DNA of 64,000 nucleotides from an uncultured Clostridia bacterium (GTDB lineage: Bacteria > Bacillota > Clostridia > Christensenellales > CAG-917). Made by a program: the position numbers and the translations under genes. Below are positions 8,620-18,625 of this stretch, piece after piece. The DNA lies in NCBI GenBank assembly GCA_934277645.1, contig CAKQUX010000003.1, forward strand, positions 981-64,980, read 5' to 3'. The notes under the pieces are model-generated. The model made no database searches. It was not told the origin of the DNA and saw only the letters and a program-made list of their open reading frames with translations. The stretch's first letter is position 1; the number at the start of each line of letters is the position of its first letter.

Positions 8620-11600
8620 ATGAAAAAGCAAGCCCGGCTTATAGTATTCATAGCGGTCATCATGTTGGCGTGTTTGTTAGCGTTGACTTTGTCAGCTTGT
8701 GGTGAAGACAAACCCGATCAAGCGAAAAAAGCGTCGCACATTACGTTTGAAACGCCTGAAAACAGTTTGGCAAATCCTATTTCGACAGATGACTTCAAAT
8801 TTTCCGACGTTAAGTTGTACGTCGTTTACGATGACGGTTCAAAAGGAAAAGCCGTTACGTTTAACGAGTCGATGTTGTCGGCAAAGAACACCGGAAATAT
8901 CGACGATATTCCTGTCGGCGGCAAATCGAGAGTTATCTTTACCGCAAGTTATACCGTTGACGGAACGACTTTTGAGGGAACGTTCGGCATTTATCTCAGA
9001 AAACCTGACAACGTAGAGAAAGTTACCTATAAGTTCTACACGAACGGCGCGAACGTTGAAGATTTCGAACTTCGAATTCCTGTCGGAACGGTTTTCAAAA
9101 CTTACAAAGAGTTTTTGGAATATCTCGGTAAAAATCACGAACCTGTTGCAAAAACGAGATATACTCTTGCAGGTTGGCTCGATACGCAAGGACAAGACGT
9201 AGCCGGTATGGAAGCTGCTCAAATCGAAAGAAACTACGGCAGATATAATATGGAAAGAAACTTCGTAGAAATAGAAGTTAAAAAGGGCGTTAGCAACTAT
9301 TTCTATGCAACGTGGAGCAAAAACGTAGCCGAAGTAACCTTCAATTACAATTTCTCCCAATTCAGTATGGAAGGCGTGTCGTTTGCTCACGTAACTCCGA
9401 AAATTAACGTTAATGCCGACGGTACTGCAGAAGAAGACAGAAAAACGCGCGTCAGCAATTCTAACCCAATCGTAACCGAATATTACACGATGGGTTACGA
9501 CGTCGCTCAAAGACCTAATACATACAAAATCGACAGCTTGGGCAGTCTTGAAAAACTTCCTACCCCTCTTCAAGAAATCGTAGACGGTTACACGTTCGAG
9601 GGTTGGTATACCGACGCAAAACTTACGCAATCGTGGTCGTTCTCGGGCGTCGTTAAAGACAATATGACGCTTTACGCAAAGTGGGCAAGAAAGCAATATT
9701 CGATTACTCTTGACCTTGGCGGCGGTTTCTTCAACCCTGACTACGTTATCGTAGAAGACGGCAAGTTGAAAGAAAAAGACGACTACGGCTATTTCACTCT
9801 GCGTGGCGAAGTCGAAAGAACAAGCTCGCTTAAAGACGTAAACGACGCTACTGCAAAAGAAGTTCCGTCCGTTATCAGATATACGGGACTCAATTATAAG
9901 GCGAACGTTTTCGGCACTACGAACAAGAGCTACTATTTGCTTAAATCTCTTACGAATATGAACACTGCAACCGGCAGAGTTTATTATAAAGGTAAGGTCA
10001 GCGACAGCGTATACTATTACAACTTCGCAGGTTGGTATTATGACGCAAATTTCAATAAACCGTTTGACCTTAACAACAACTCGTTTACCGAAGACCTTTA
10101 TTTGTTCGCAAAGTGGGAACTTGTTTCCGACAGCAGTTTGCAAGCAAACTTCTATAAGGATTATTTGTTCAAGAACTGTCTCGAACTTAAACCTGACGGA
10201 ACTTACAAAATTACGGGTATAAACGATAAGACGGTTACGACGTTCAAAATTCCTGCTCAAATCGGCGGAATCTTCGTTACGGAAATCGGCGCTAACGCAT
10301 TCAGCAGTTGCTTGTCGCTTTTAAAAGTCGAAATCGAAGGCGGCGAAAGCTCTAAGCTCTCAAAAATCGGCGATAAGGCTTTTGCATTCTGCTCGAAGCT
10401 CAGCGAAATAAATAAAATTTGCGACGGAACTTCGTTTAATTACGATTTGTTTAACGTCGATTACAACAATGCTCAACAAAAGCAATTAGTTCATCTTCCT
10501 AACCTTGAAGATATCGGCGTTGACGTTTTCCAAGGTACCGAGTATTTGCAGAACAAGAGAAAGACAATGAACTTCCTTGAATATCAAGGTCGTTTGATTC
10601 AATACATCGGCGATACTACGGTTACTAATGTCGTTTCTTCGTTTGAGAAATTGCCTGACGACAATAACGGCGGCGCGGTTATCGACAGTAAAAACTATAC
10701 GCTTGACAAAACGAATCCGCTTTTGTACGTCTATACGGCGGCAGGCGAACCGACGCTTAAATACGTCTATTTCCCGAGCGGAATTACGACGATAAATCCG
10801 TATACGTTTAAGAACCTTACAAACCTTAAATCGATTGTCATTCCTAACACCGTTACGGAAATCGGTGACAGCTGTTTCAGCAAATGTTCTATCCTTTCCG
10901 ATTTTGTAATCGACGAGATAGAAGCGGGAAGCGGTGAATATAGCCTTGAAGAAATCGGACCGTCGGCTCTTGCGGATACGCTTTGGTTGTCTGGTCAATC
11001 GACGCTTGTCACAATCGGAAAGATTTTGTATTCGTTCCGTGGCGGAAACGACACCACGCAAGTTACTATTCCTGACGGAATCGAGATTATTGCAGACAAC
11101 TTGTTTATGTCGAACGATAACCTTCGCGTAGTTACATTCCAAAACGAAAGCAGAATCAAGAAGATAGGCAAAAACGCATTCAACGCAACCGCTTGGTATC
11201 GCACTATGGGCGAAAACAACAACGGCTTTGTCGTAGTCAACGGCATAATGATAGGTTACACTTTAAGACCTGCCGCCGTCGACGGAAAGGTTGTAGTAAC
11301 CGTTCCTAACACTATCAGAGAACTTGCAAGCTATGCATTCTCGAACACGAACACGATAACGCATATCAGTTTGCCAAGCTCGATTGAAAAAATCGACGCA
11401 TACGCTTTTGACGCTTGCACCAGACTTCAAACGATTTCGTTCGGACATTTGGTTCTCGCCGACGAGTCGGGTACATTGCCTAAGAACCCTGTATTGCTCG
11501 AAAAGAGCGGAAACCTTTCGGTAAAAGCGTTCTTCAACAAAGATAAAGATAATCTTGTAAGCGCGGACGTTAAATTGTATTTCACTCTCGACAGAGTTGG

Positions 11601-13905
11601 AACAAGCGCAAACTGCTTTGAATTGGCGGCAAATCACGACAGCCTTAAAGCATATTACGACAACAACAACGCGTTCATTCAAGAGCTTAAAATCATCAGC
11701 GAAAACGGCATAAGAGTTAAGGCAGGAACGCTTCCTACCGAATATGTCAGAAACAGCGGCTGGACGCTTTCTAACTATTGGCTCACAACGGGAGCGTTCG
11801 ACAAAAAAGCAATCATTCAGATTGAAAAGACAGACGGTCTTGTTTACGAAGAGTATTTGTCGCTTGAAAACGTTTCCGACTTTACGAACGACCTTACGCC
11901 GTCAAGCGATGAAGACATAGCAAAATACGGAATGAATATTTACAACGGCAAGCGTTCGCTTCTCATCACTTATGATGACGCAAACGGCGGTGCTGCGCAT
12001 ACTTGTCGCTTTGAATATACTATCAGACCGAAAGTTGATAAGGTTGTCATAAACGCTACGCCTGACGGCACACCAACGTTGATGAGTCTTGCTACGTACT
12101 TTGTAACAAGCAATACGTTTGTTTACAAGGGCGGCTCGGCAACGATTTCTTACGACCTTAACGGCGTATCGTCACAAATCGTAAGCCTTGAAAAACTTAT
12201 GAGCCTTGCCAAAATCGAAGGCAACAACGACGTTAAGTTTACGATTGAAAACCTTATGTTTACGAATGCGCAAACTTATTCGCTTACGTTCAAGTTTGTA
12301 TTCGGTTTGCAAACGATTGAAACTCCGTATGAGTACAACGTAAACACGCCTACAATCACCAAGATTTCCGAAAAGAACTTGATTGAGTTCGATATCGCGG
12401 CAGAAATCACCAAGGCGGCGCTTACAAACGTTTATCTCACGATGAGCAGAAACGACCCTCTCAGCGGCGGTCAGATTTATGCGACAGACGGCATAAACGT
12501 TTCGGATGGCGGCAGTTATGAAATTACGGGTCAGCTTTACTCATATAACAACATTCCGACAGATGCGGTCATAACAAAGTATATCGTATATTATACGGAA
12601 ACGGATGAAAGCGGCAAGGTGAGCTTCGTTGAAAATCTTGTCGACCCGACCGAAATCGGAAACTATTTGAGAAACCAAGACATTACGATTGCGGACGGCT
12701 CGATACTTCTTTACAGCGACGATGAGTTCACTAAGAAACTTACCAAGTTCGATACGTCGTATGACGGCGAACACGTAATATACGTCAAGTATAGTTCGTC
12801 TAACGGCGCAGTCGGCGGCAGTGCAATCAGATACAACGTTGCGCTCAGAACGTCGCAATCGCTCTTTACTTACACGGTTAAAGACGGCGTCAATCCATAC
12901 GGAGCGGACTTTGACGGCGTGATAACCGACGAAGACGGCAACGTGTGCGTGTTTAAAGGCTTAGCCACAATTACCGGCATAGGCGCAAGCCACTGGTCAA
13001 CGGTGTCTATTCCTGAATACATCACAAAGACCATCGAAACGGCGGTTACAAATAAAAACAAGGTCGATTTGCAAACAGGTATTGCTTACAAACTTGACGA
13101 AAACGGCGAAAGATTGCTTGATGAAAACAACGAACCTGTCATCGATACTGATTTCATAGTCAAAAAGGACGTTGACGGAAACGTATTCGTTGACGAAAAC
13201 GGAAACGCTATCGAACTTACTTATGAATACTACGTCGTAACCGCAATCGGCGACAGCGCATTCTACAACGCAAACACGCAAAGCGGTGACTCGATTCTTG
13301 CTAAGGTGTATTTCAGTAAATACGTCACGAGCATCGGAAAAGACGCGTTCAAGGCTTGTGAAAACCTTAACGAAATCGACTTACTCAACGATGAGGCGTC
13401 AGGCGTTGTTTCTATCGGCGAAAGCGCATTTGAAGGTTGTATTGCTCTTCAAACGGTTCCGTTCGACAGTGTAGCCGGTGGCGTACTTAAAAAATTGGGC
13501 AGATGCGCATTTAAAAAGTCGGGACTTACCAAATTCAACTTCGCAAACGTAAGCGTTGTAGAAATCGAAGAACAACTTTTCTATGAATGCGGTTCTCTTG
13601 TGGACGTAAATCTCGGAGCGGTTGAAATCATCAACAACCAAGCGTTTGTAAGCTGTGTATCTTTGGTCGAAATCGTAATTCCTGTTTCTGTAAACGAAAT
13701 CGGCAACTACGTGTTCAGCGCATGTAACGCTCTCGAAAAAATCGTACTCGAAGATACCGACCCTAACAAGCTTGCTATTGGCGGCTTCGAGCCTTTCGGT
13801 AGCGCAACGAATCTTCTCAAAATTTACGTTGACAAAGATAGCGTTGAGGCGTTCAAGACAAATTCGCAATATGCGCTCTACAAAGAGTTGATACTTGCAA
13901 AATAA
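8620..13905 (+). CDS. Giant surface lipoprotein with Listeria-Bacteroides (flg_new-type) repeats and BspA-type leucine-rich repeats
   Basis: 1761 aa. Signal peptide with lipobox LTLSAC. Recurrent YTLAGW / YTFEGWYTD / FAGWYYDANF motifs. Many IPxxVxxIGxxAFxxCxxL units. AAGGGGGAG SD. Confidence 0.85.
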   Translation: MKKQARLIVFIAVIMLACLLALTLSACGEDKPDQAKKASHITFETPENSLANPISTDDFKFSDVKLYVVYDDGSKGKAVTFNESMLSAKNTGNIDDIPVGGKSRVIFTASYTVDGTTFEGTFGIYLRKPDNVEKVTYKFYTNGANVEDFELRIPVGTVFKTYKEFLEYLGKNHEPVAKTRYTLAGWLDTQGQDVAGMEAAQIERNYGRYNMERNFVEIEVKKGVSNYFYATWSKNVAEVTFNYNFSQFSMEGVSFAHVTPKINVNADGTAEEDRKTRVSNSNPIVTEYYTMGYDVAQRPNTYKIDSLGSLEKLPTPLQEIVDGYTFEGWYTDAKLTQSWSFSGVVKDNMTLYAKWARKQYSITLDLGGGFFNPDYVIVEDGKLKEKDDYGYFTLRGEVERTSSLKDVNDATAKEVPSVIRYTGLNYKANVFGTTNKSYYLLKSLTNMNTATGRVYYKGKVSDSVYYYNFAGWYYDANFNKPFDLNNNSFTEDLYLFAKWELVSDSSLQANFYKDYLFKNCLELKPDGTYKITGINDKTVTTFKIPAQIGGIFVTEIGANAFSSCLSLLKVEIEGGESSKLSKIGDKAFAFCSKLSEINKICDGTSFNYDLFNVDYNNAQQKQLVHLPNLEDIGVDVFQGTEYLQNKRKTMNFLEYQGRLIQYIGDTTVTNVVSSFEKLPDDNNGGAVIDSKNYTLDKTNPLLYVYTAAGEPTLKYVYFPSGITTINPYTFKNLTNLKSIVIPNTVTEIGDSCFSKCSILSDFVIDEIEAGSGEYSLEEIGPSALADTLWLSGQSTLVTIGKILYSFRGGNDTTQVTIPDGIEIIADNLFMSNDNLRVVTFQNESRIKKIGKNAFNATAWYRTMGENNNGFVVVNGIMIGYTLRPAAVDGKVVVTVPNTIRELASYAFSNTNTITHISLPSSIEKIDAYAFDACTRLQTISFGHLVLADESGTLPKNPVLLEKSGNLSVKAFFNKDKDNLVSADVKLYFTLDRVGTSANCFELAANHDSLKAYYDNNNAFIQELKIISENGIRVKAGTLPTEYVRNSGWTLSNYWLTTGAFDKKAIIQIEKTDGLVYEEYLSLENVSDFTNDLTPSSDEDIAKYGMNIYNGKRSLLITYDDANGGAAHTCRFEYTIRPKVDKVVINATPDGTPTLMSLATYFVTSNTFVYKGGSATISYDLNGVSSQIVSLEKLMSLAKIEGNNDVKFTIENLMFTNAQTYSLTFKFVFGLQTIETPYEYNVNTPTITKISEKNLIEFDIAAEITKAALTNVYLTMSRNDPLSGGQIYATDGINVSDGGSYEITGQLYSYNNIPTDAVITKYIVYYTETDESGKVSFVENLVDPTEIGNYLRNQDITIADGSILLYSDDEFTKKLTKFDTSYDGEHVIYVKYSSSNGAVGGSAIRYNVALRTSQSLFTYTVKDGVNPYGADFDGVITDEDGNVCVFKGLATITGIGASHWSTVSIPEYITKTIETAVTNKNKVDLQTGIAYKLDENGERLLDENNEPVIDTDFIVKKDVDGNVFVDENGNAIELTYEYYVVTAIGDSAFYNANTQSGDSILAKVYFSKYVTSIGKDAFKACENLNEIDLLNDEASGVVSIGESAFEGCIALQTVPFDSVAGGVLKKLGRCAFKKSGLTKFNFANVSVVEIEEQLFYECGSLVDVNLGAVEIINNQAFVSCVSLVEIVIPVSVNEIGNYVFSACNALEKIVLEDTDPNKLAIGGFEPFGSATNLLKIYVDKDSVEAFKTNSQYALYKELILAK

Positions 13906-13920
13906 CAATTCTGTTTTATA

Positions 13921-13944
13921 AAAGCCGTGCTATGCACGGCTTTT
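13921..13944 (+). terminator. Rho-independent terminator
   Basis: AAAGCCGTGC-TAT-GCACGGCTTTT, 16 nt after the stop. Confidence 0.8.
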
Positions 13945-14286
13945 ATCATTATAGAAGAAACAATCGATTAAACTGATAAATTATTGTCTATCAGTTAAAT
14001 CGACAAAGCGATTGTGGACGCATGGCTTTTGGGAAATGAAAGAAAAGTTTGGTGAGTTTATAAACGATAAATTTAACAGTTGTTATCGTTTTGCGATTTC
14101 GCAGTGAAACGAGATTCCAAACTAACGATTTAATAAAGTAAAATAAAGGCGGCAATCGAAGACGAGAAAAACGAGTATAAATTGTGCAATAAATTAAACT
14201 TAAAAAATTTATTTGCTGTTTTAATTATTCTTTAAGAATGTCAGCTATAATAAAGGTATAGATAACCGAAAACAGGGGTTGGTTTT

Positions 14287-15735
14287 ATGAAAGAAAAAAA
14301 TAACGTAAAAGTCAGAAGAGTTGCTCTGATATTAGTGGTCTTAGTTTTAGTATTTACTTTCATTATGTTTACGGCTTGCGACAGTGAGAGCGGAGTCGGT
14401 TTGTCAGCTTATGAGATAGCCGTAAAAAACGGCTTTGAAGGGACCGAGGAAGAGTGGCTCGCTTCGCTTAAAGGAACTGACGGCAAGGACGGAAAAGACG
14501 GAATTAACGGCTTGAACGGAATCAACGGCGAAGACGGCGAGGACGGACAAAATGTACTTAGTTCGCTTAAAGATATATACGACCAAGCGGTCGCAAGCGG
14601 CGAATTTACGGGAACGTACCTTCAATTTTTAAGCGAGTATTTTGCTTCGCAAAATAGCGCTTCGATTGAAGCGGCGGCAAACGAAGCTATGCGTTCTGCT
14701 GTAAGCATCTATTGCAACTTCGAGTACACGTCTACGATAATGGGAATTACGTCCACTAAAAAGGGAACTTCTGCGGGTTCGGGTATTATTTATAAACTCG
14801 ACAAAGCAAACGGCGATGCAATAATCATCACGAATTATCACGTTGTGTATTATGCTACTGCGACAACTGACGACCATATAAGCGATGATATATCCGTTTT
14901 CCTTTATGGTAAAGAAATGTCAGATTACAAAATCAAGGCGAAATACGTCGGCGGCTCGCTTAATTACGACATCGCCGTGCTTAAAGTTGAAAACTCCGAC
15001 GTAATAAAAAATTCGGACGTAACAAGCGTCAATGTCGGCAGTGAGCCGCAATCGGTCGGCACAACTGCCATTGCGGTAGGAAATCCTGCTTCGGTTGGAC
15101 TTTCGGCAACTTCGGGCATTATAAGCGTTGACAGTGAAACGATATCGCTTACAGGCGCCGATGAACAAACTGTTGTTTCGCTTAGAGTTATGAGAATAGA
15201 CACCGCAGTCAACAGCGGCAACAGCGGCGGTGGATTGTTTAACGTTAAAGGCGAATTTATCGGCATCGTAAATGCGAAAATAAGCTCTTCGAGCATTGAA
15301 AACATAGGCTACGCGATTCCGTCGAGCGTCGTTACTGCGGTTGCCGACAATTTGCTCGATGCTTCCGAGCAGGGCAAAAAGCTCGTTCAAAAATGTATGC
15401 TCGGCGTGACCGTGCAAACAGTTGAGAGTAGCGCGGTTTACGACAGCTCTACAAAAACTTATAAAATCGTCGAAAAAATAAAAGTTCAAAGCGTTGTCGA
15501 CGGAGGACTAGCAAGCGTAGCCGGACTTGTTGCGGAAGACGTTTTGACCGAAATCGAAATAATCGACAAAAACGGTTCTTCAAATGCTGTGACAGTCGAC
15601 AGGCTTTTCAAAATTACCGATGCGCTCTTGACCGCAAGAGTAGGCGATACCGTAAAAATCAAATACGAACGCGGCGGAGCCAATGGCGTGGCGTCAGTCG
15701 TTTTGACGGCTGAATGCATAACAGAGATTGCATAA
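14287..15735 (+). CDS. Membrane-anchored trypsin-like (HtrA/S1C-type) serine protease with an N-terminal collagen-like tract
   Basis: N-terminal TM segment. SAYEIAVKNGFEGTEEEWLASLKG followed by GTDGKDGKDGINGLNGINGEDGEDGQ (G-x-y repeats). Protease core: GSGIIY...ITNYHVV...DIAVLKV...GNSGGGLFN. Confidence 0.8.
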   Translation: MKEKNNVKVRRVALILVVLVLVFTFIMFTACDSESGVGLSAYEIAVKNGFEGTEEEWLASLKGTDGKDGKDGINGLNGINGEDGEDGQNVLSSLKDIYDQAVASGEFTGTYLQFLSEYFASQNSASIEAAANEAMRSAVSIYCNFEYTSTIMGITSTKKGTSAGSGIIYKLDKANGDAIIITNYHVVYYATATTDDHISDDISVFLYGKEMSDYKIKAKYVGGSLNYDIAVLKVENSDVIKNSDVTSVNVGSEPQSVGTTAIAVGNPASVGLSATSGIISVDSETISLTGADEQTVVSLRVMRIDTAVNSGNSGGGLFNVKGEFIGIVNAKISSSSIENIGYAIPSSVVTAVADNLLDASEQGKKLVQKCMLGVTVQTVESSAVYDSSTKTYKIVEKIKVQSVVDGGLASVAGLVAEDVLTEIEIIDKNGSSNAVTVDRLFKITDALLTARVGDTVKIKYERGGANGVASVVLTAECITEIA

Positions 15736-15810
15736 AGCATATTTGTTTTGCTCTTGCGAAGGTAAGTCCGTATGCAACATTTTACAGATTGCATAAAGCG
15801 CATATTCATA

Positions 15811-15940
15811 GTGTAAATTAGCGTAACAACAATTAAACCTAATGTAGATTAAACGTAGGGTTGAAAATTAGACTTAACGTGAATTAGATGTAACGTAAAT
15901 TATGGTTAATGTGAATTAGACGTTATGTAAATTAAACAAA
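15811..15940. repeat. Degenerate tandem array, about 8 units of 15-19 nt (GTRAATTAGAYGTWAY-like)
   Basis: Read directly from the sequence: gtgaattagatgtaac / gtaaattatggttaat / gtgaattagacgttat / gtaaattaaacaaata, plus more diverged units upstream. Confidence 0.65.
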
Positions 15941-15966
15941 TAATATTTCCTCAAAAGCAGCAAGGC

Positions 15967-15998
15967 AAAAAAAATCATCACCGAAGTGATGATTTTTT
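15967..15998. terminator. Bidirectional rho-independent terminator
   Basis: A-run, ATCATCAC-CGAA-GTGATGAT, T-run. It sits between convergent genes ending at 15735 and 16018. Confidence 0.8.
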
Positions 15999-16017
15999 GT
16001 TGTTTGTCGATTTGCTA

Positions 16018-16425
16018 TTAGCAAGCCCAGTTGCTTACGCCTACTTCGATTGTCGAAGCGCCGTCAACAACGATGGTGTGGTTGTCAAGGTCTTCAAAAT
16101 TGATTCCCTTTTCAACTGCTGCCCAGTCAAGAGCTTTAAGAACTTTGAAAGAAACTTCGGTTCCTTTCTTAATTCCGGTTACGCTGAGCGTGAAGTTTTC
16201 GTGATTGGTGGTTTTCATTGCTTTTGCTTTTTGTGCGTTCCAATCTCCGAGTTTTGCGATGTTTCCTGCTATGTAGACGTTTTCTGCGTTAAGACCGTTA
16301 TCGTAAAGTTTTACAACTATTTTCAATGTGAAGCCCTTATCTTCGGTTGTAGCTGCAGTCTTGGTCGTTTTTGCTGCAGGAGCTTTTGCAGTTTTAGTTG
16401 CTGCCGCTTTTGTTGCTGTTGCCAT
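16018..16425 (-). CDS. Small protein with an Ala/Lys/Thr-rich N-terminal tail and a CBM20-like (starch/glycogen-binding) domain
   Basis: 135 aa. MATATKAAATKTAKAPAAKTTKTAATT is followed by VYIAGNIAKLGDWN...FKVLKALDWAAVEKG...NH, which resembles the CBM20 pattern. No signal peptide. Confidence 0.5.
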   Translation of the reverse strand: MATATKAAATKTAKAPAAKTTKTAATTEDKGFTLKIVVKLYDNGLNAENVYIAGNIAKLGDWNAQKAKAMKTTNHENFTLSVTGIKKGTEVSFKVLKALDWAAVEKGINFEDLDNHTIVVDGASTIEVGVSNWAC

Positions 16426-16678
16426 AAATAAATACCTCCCAAATATTTCTAATTTGTTTTTATGGCTAAATTATAATGCCAAACAATCAAAAAGGCAATT
16501 AAAATCAATATGAAAAATTAAAAAATTTTAACAAAAATGACTTTTTTTTACAAAAAAGATTGCGATTTTTGTTGTTTTATAGACTTTTTATCCTACTCTT
16601 TGTGAATTTTCATATCGTCATAATAAAGCTACAAATATGGCGGTTAATGAATTTTCGATTTGTTTATTGCGAAAGATC

Positions 16679-17149
16679 TTAGTTTGTTTGAGATTTTTTT
16701 TCCTTTGTTTTTTCTTTGTTTACGTTCTTATAGCTTATGTAGATATGTGTAGGCGCAAATATCACCGCAAAAATCAGCAACAGCGCGCTTGCCAGCGCGA
16801 TGCCGCTAAAAATAAAAATGAGTGACGGCAAAATAGACAGGGTCAACGCTTTTGCCAAATTGTTTTGCTTTCTGAACGCTATCCAACACGCAACGTAAGC
16901 TAAGCACAAAACGCCGTTTACTGTCAGGTATGCAATCAGTGCGTAATTAAACCAAAAATTATGATAAGTGTGCGGAATGTTGAATATCATAGTCACAAAA
17001 CACCCGTATCTTCCGACTTGTTCAAAAAAGTCAAGGATACGGTTATCGGGCGGAGCGAACAGTTCGCTTTTGTGCTTTATGGCGAAGATTATGTTCGGAA
17101 CTATTAAAACAATTAATATCGCAAGTCCGTAATAATTAAACCAATCCAT
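16679..17149 (-). CDS. Polytopic membrane protein, unknown function
   Basis: 156 aa with about 4 hydrophobic segments. No family recognised. Confidence 0.5.
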   Translation of the reverse strand: MDWFNYYGLAILIVLIVPNIIFAIKHKSELFAPPDNRILDFFEQVGRYGCFVTMIFNIPHTYHNFWFNYALIAYLTVNGVLCLAYVACWIAFRKQNNLAKALTLSILPSLIFIFSGIALASALLLIFAVIFAPTHIYISYKNVNKEKTKEKKSQTN

Positions 17150-17430
17150 TTTTAATCTCTATCTAACCTTAATTTAAAATTTTTTAATCGATTGTAATTT
17201 CATTTAAAGTAAAATGCAAAAAATAAAAATCTGTATTTAATGGGTTTCTTCTGTCTGTAATTTTTCTTAAATTATTATAACACCGCTTTAAACTTTTCTC
17301 AACTCATCTGACTAAAAAAACAAATTAAAATGGAAAATAGTTTGCCGACATTTTACGTCGAACAAATCCAGCCTATAATCAACACCGTGTTATTGCATAG
17401 CTTCGACTAAGCGGTAGCGTTTATAACAAA

Positions 17431-17460
17431 ATCACGACACGATAGCCGTGATGAAATTTT
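17431..17460. terminator. Hairpin downstream of the WYL-like gene (possible bidirectional terminator)
   Basis: ATCACG-N10-CGTGAT, flanked by TTTGTT on the minus strand and TTTTTT on the plus strand. Confidence 0.4.
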
Positions 17461-17546
17461 TTCAAAATAACATGGAAACGTGTGATAGGTTTAGTGTGAA
17501 GTATATACGATTATTGAATCTACTTGAGAGTTTAGTTTTAAAATAG

Positions 17547-18590
17547 CTATTTTCCTTTTTTATCTTTTAGTGATTTAATTGTGTCTTTTGATATAGAATA
17601 AGGGGGTAAATTTATGGCAGTTAAGTATTTTCGGGTCGCTCCTGCATAATATGTGTACATCATTTTAGCTATTTTTTCAGGCTCGACAATGATTGCATCG
17701 ACGCCAAAGCGTTTAAAATAGTGCATCGCTTGATTAACCGAACAATCAAAGAAAAAAACATTACCTTCAATCTTAATTGGGTCAGGGCGATATAAATATA
17801 TTTTTTTATAAAGATATAAACCTTTGTTTGACATTATCACTTTGATAAGTTGATCTTCATCGCGATATATTGGATATTGAACGCCGCAACGAATTTGCCT
17901 TTCAAAAATTTCTTTCACATCGTTAGGCGTTTCAGCCTTCTTTGAAAGCAATGAAACGGATTTAACGTTTGCAAGACGAAGCGTATATAGATCTTGTTCG
18001 TCGGATGACAAAACGTAATTGTACAGTTCTTCTTTTGCCGAAGCAACTGCGTATATTGAAGTGTTTTTTATTCTATCGCCTTTTGTTACGATACATGCTT
18101 GTACGCCTTTTTTGATTGCTTTTTGTAAGAGATCATAGTTTTCTTTAAATATAATAATCTCTCGTTTCGGTTGTGGCCGTGAAGTGTATGAAATAAACAA
18201 TCTTCTATAAAACGATGATAGCGACTCGTTTGCCAGTATTATATTTTCAATGAAAGATACTGCTTTTTCGGATGATTTAGTCGGCTTGAACGAAAAGGTA
18301 GAGCTGTTTTTGTCGGTTATGTTTGAATTCCGTTTGGCCATAGCTTTTACCACACCATTAAAAATAGTTTCTCTATATCTGTCGGGTAAAATAGAAACGA
18401 TTTTTGAAATCTCGTCTTGCGATGTTTCTTCGTTTGCTGTGAAACCCTCGTAAAAATTAACTATCAATGTATTTATAAATGAATTAAAGTTTGGTGTTCC
18501 ATCAGCTTTAACTATATTAAAGTTTTTGCAGTCAAGTTTTAAAGTGTTTAAAACGTTTGTGGGTAAACTGATTTTTATTTTTTCTTGCAT
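17547..18590 (-). CDS. WYL-domain-like regulator (WYL + WCX-like C-terminal module; atypical N-terminus without an obvious wHTH)
   Basis: Start MQEKIK at 18590 (AAGGGGGA SD). NYDLLQKAIKKGVQACIV...ELYNYVLSSDEQDLYTLRLANVKSV fits a WYL-like pattern. The C-terminal end, FGVDAIIVEPEKIAKMM, is typical of WYL-regulator C-termini. N-terminal KIKISLPTNVLNTLKLD may be ribbon-helix-helix-like. Confidence 0.5.
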   Translation of the reverse strand: MQEKIKISLPTNVLNTLKLDCKNFNIVKADGTPNFNSFINTLIVNFYEGFTANEETSQDEISKIVSILPDRYRETIFNGVVKAMAKRNSNITDKNSSTFSFKPTKSSEKAVSFIENIILANESLSSFYRRLFISYTSRPQPKREIIIFKENYDLLQKAIKKGVQACIVTKGDRIKNTSIYAVASAKEELYNYVLSSDEQDLYTLRLANVKSVSLLSKKAETPNDVKEIFERQIRCGVQYPIYRDEDQLIKVIMSNKGLYLYKKIYLYRPDPIKIEGNVFFFDCSVNQAMHYFKRFGVDAIIVEPEKIAKMMYTYYAGATRKYLTAINLPPYSISKDTIKSLKDKKGK

Positions 18591-18611
18591 AAAAAATTTC
18601 CCCCTTCGCAA

Positions 18612-18625
18612 TTAGTGTACACTAA
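18612..18625. promoter_or_regulatory. Perfect 14-bp palindrome TTAGTGTACACTAA in the divergent promoter region (candidate operator)
   Basis: Read directly from the sequence. It lies 22-35 nt upstream of the 18590 start. A half-site-like TTAGTG recurs near 18675. Confidence 0.4.

Noticed and set aside
8839-10260. 473-aa minus-strand ORF, along with further ORFs at 10486-13908, opposite the giant lipoprotein gene
   Set aside because: These are antisense shadows of a gene with a clear signal peptide and repeat architecture. Their Arg/Phe/Val-rich composition is typical of a reverse frame.
17150-17546. Direct repeat of the tRNA-Ser 3' end (att site) at the far side of the low-GC block
   Set aside because: I scanned 17150-17546 and 20854-21319 by eye for GGATTCGAACCC or CTCTTCCGCCA-like words and found none. 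No island boundary can be claimed.
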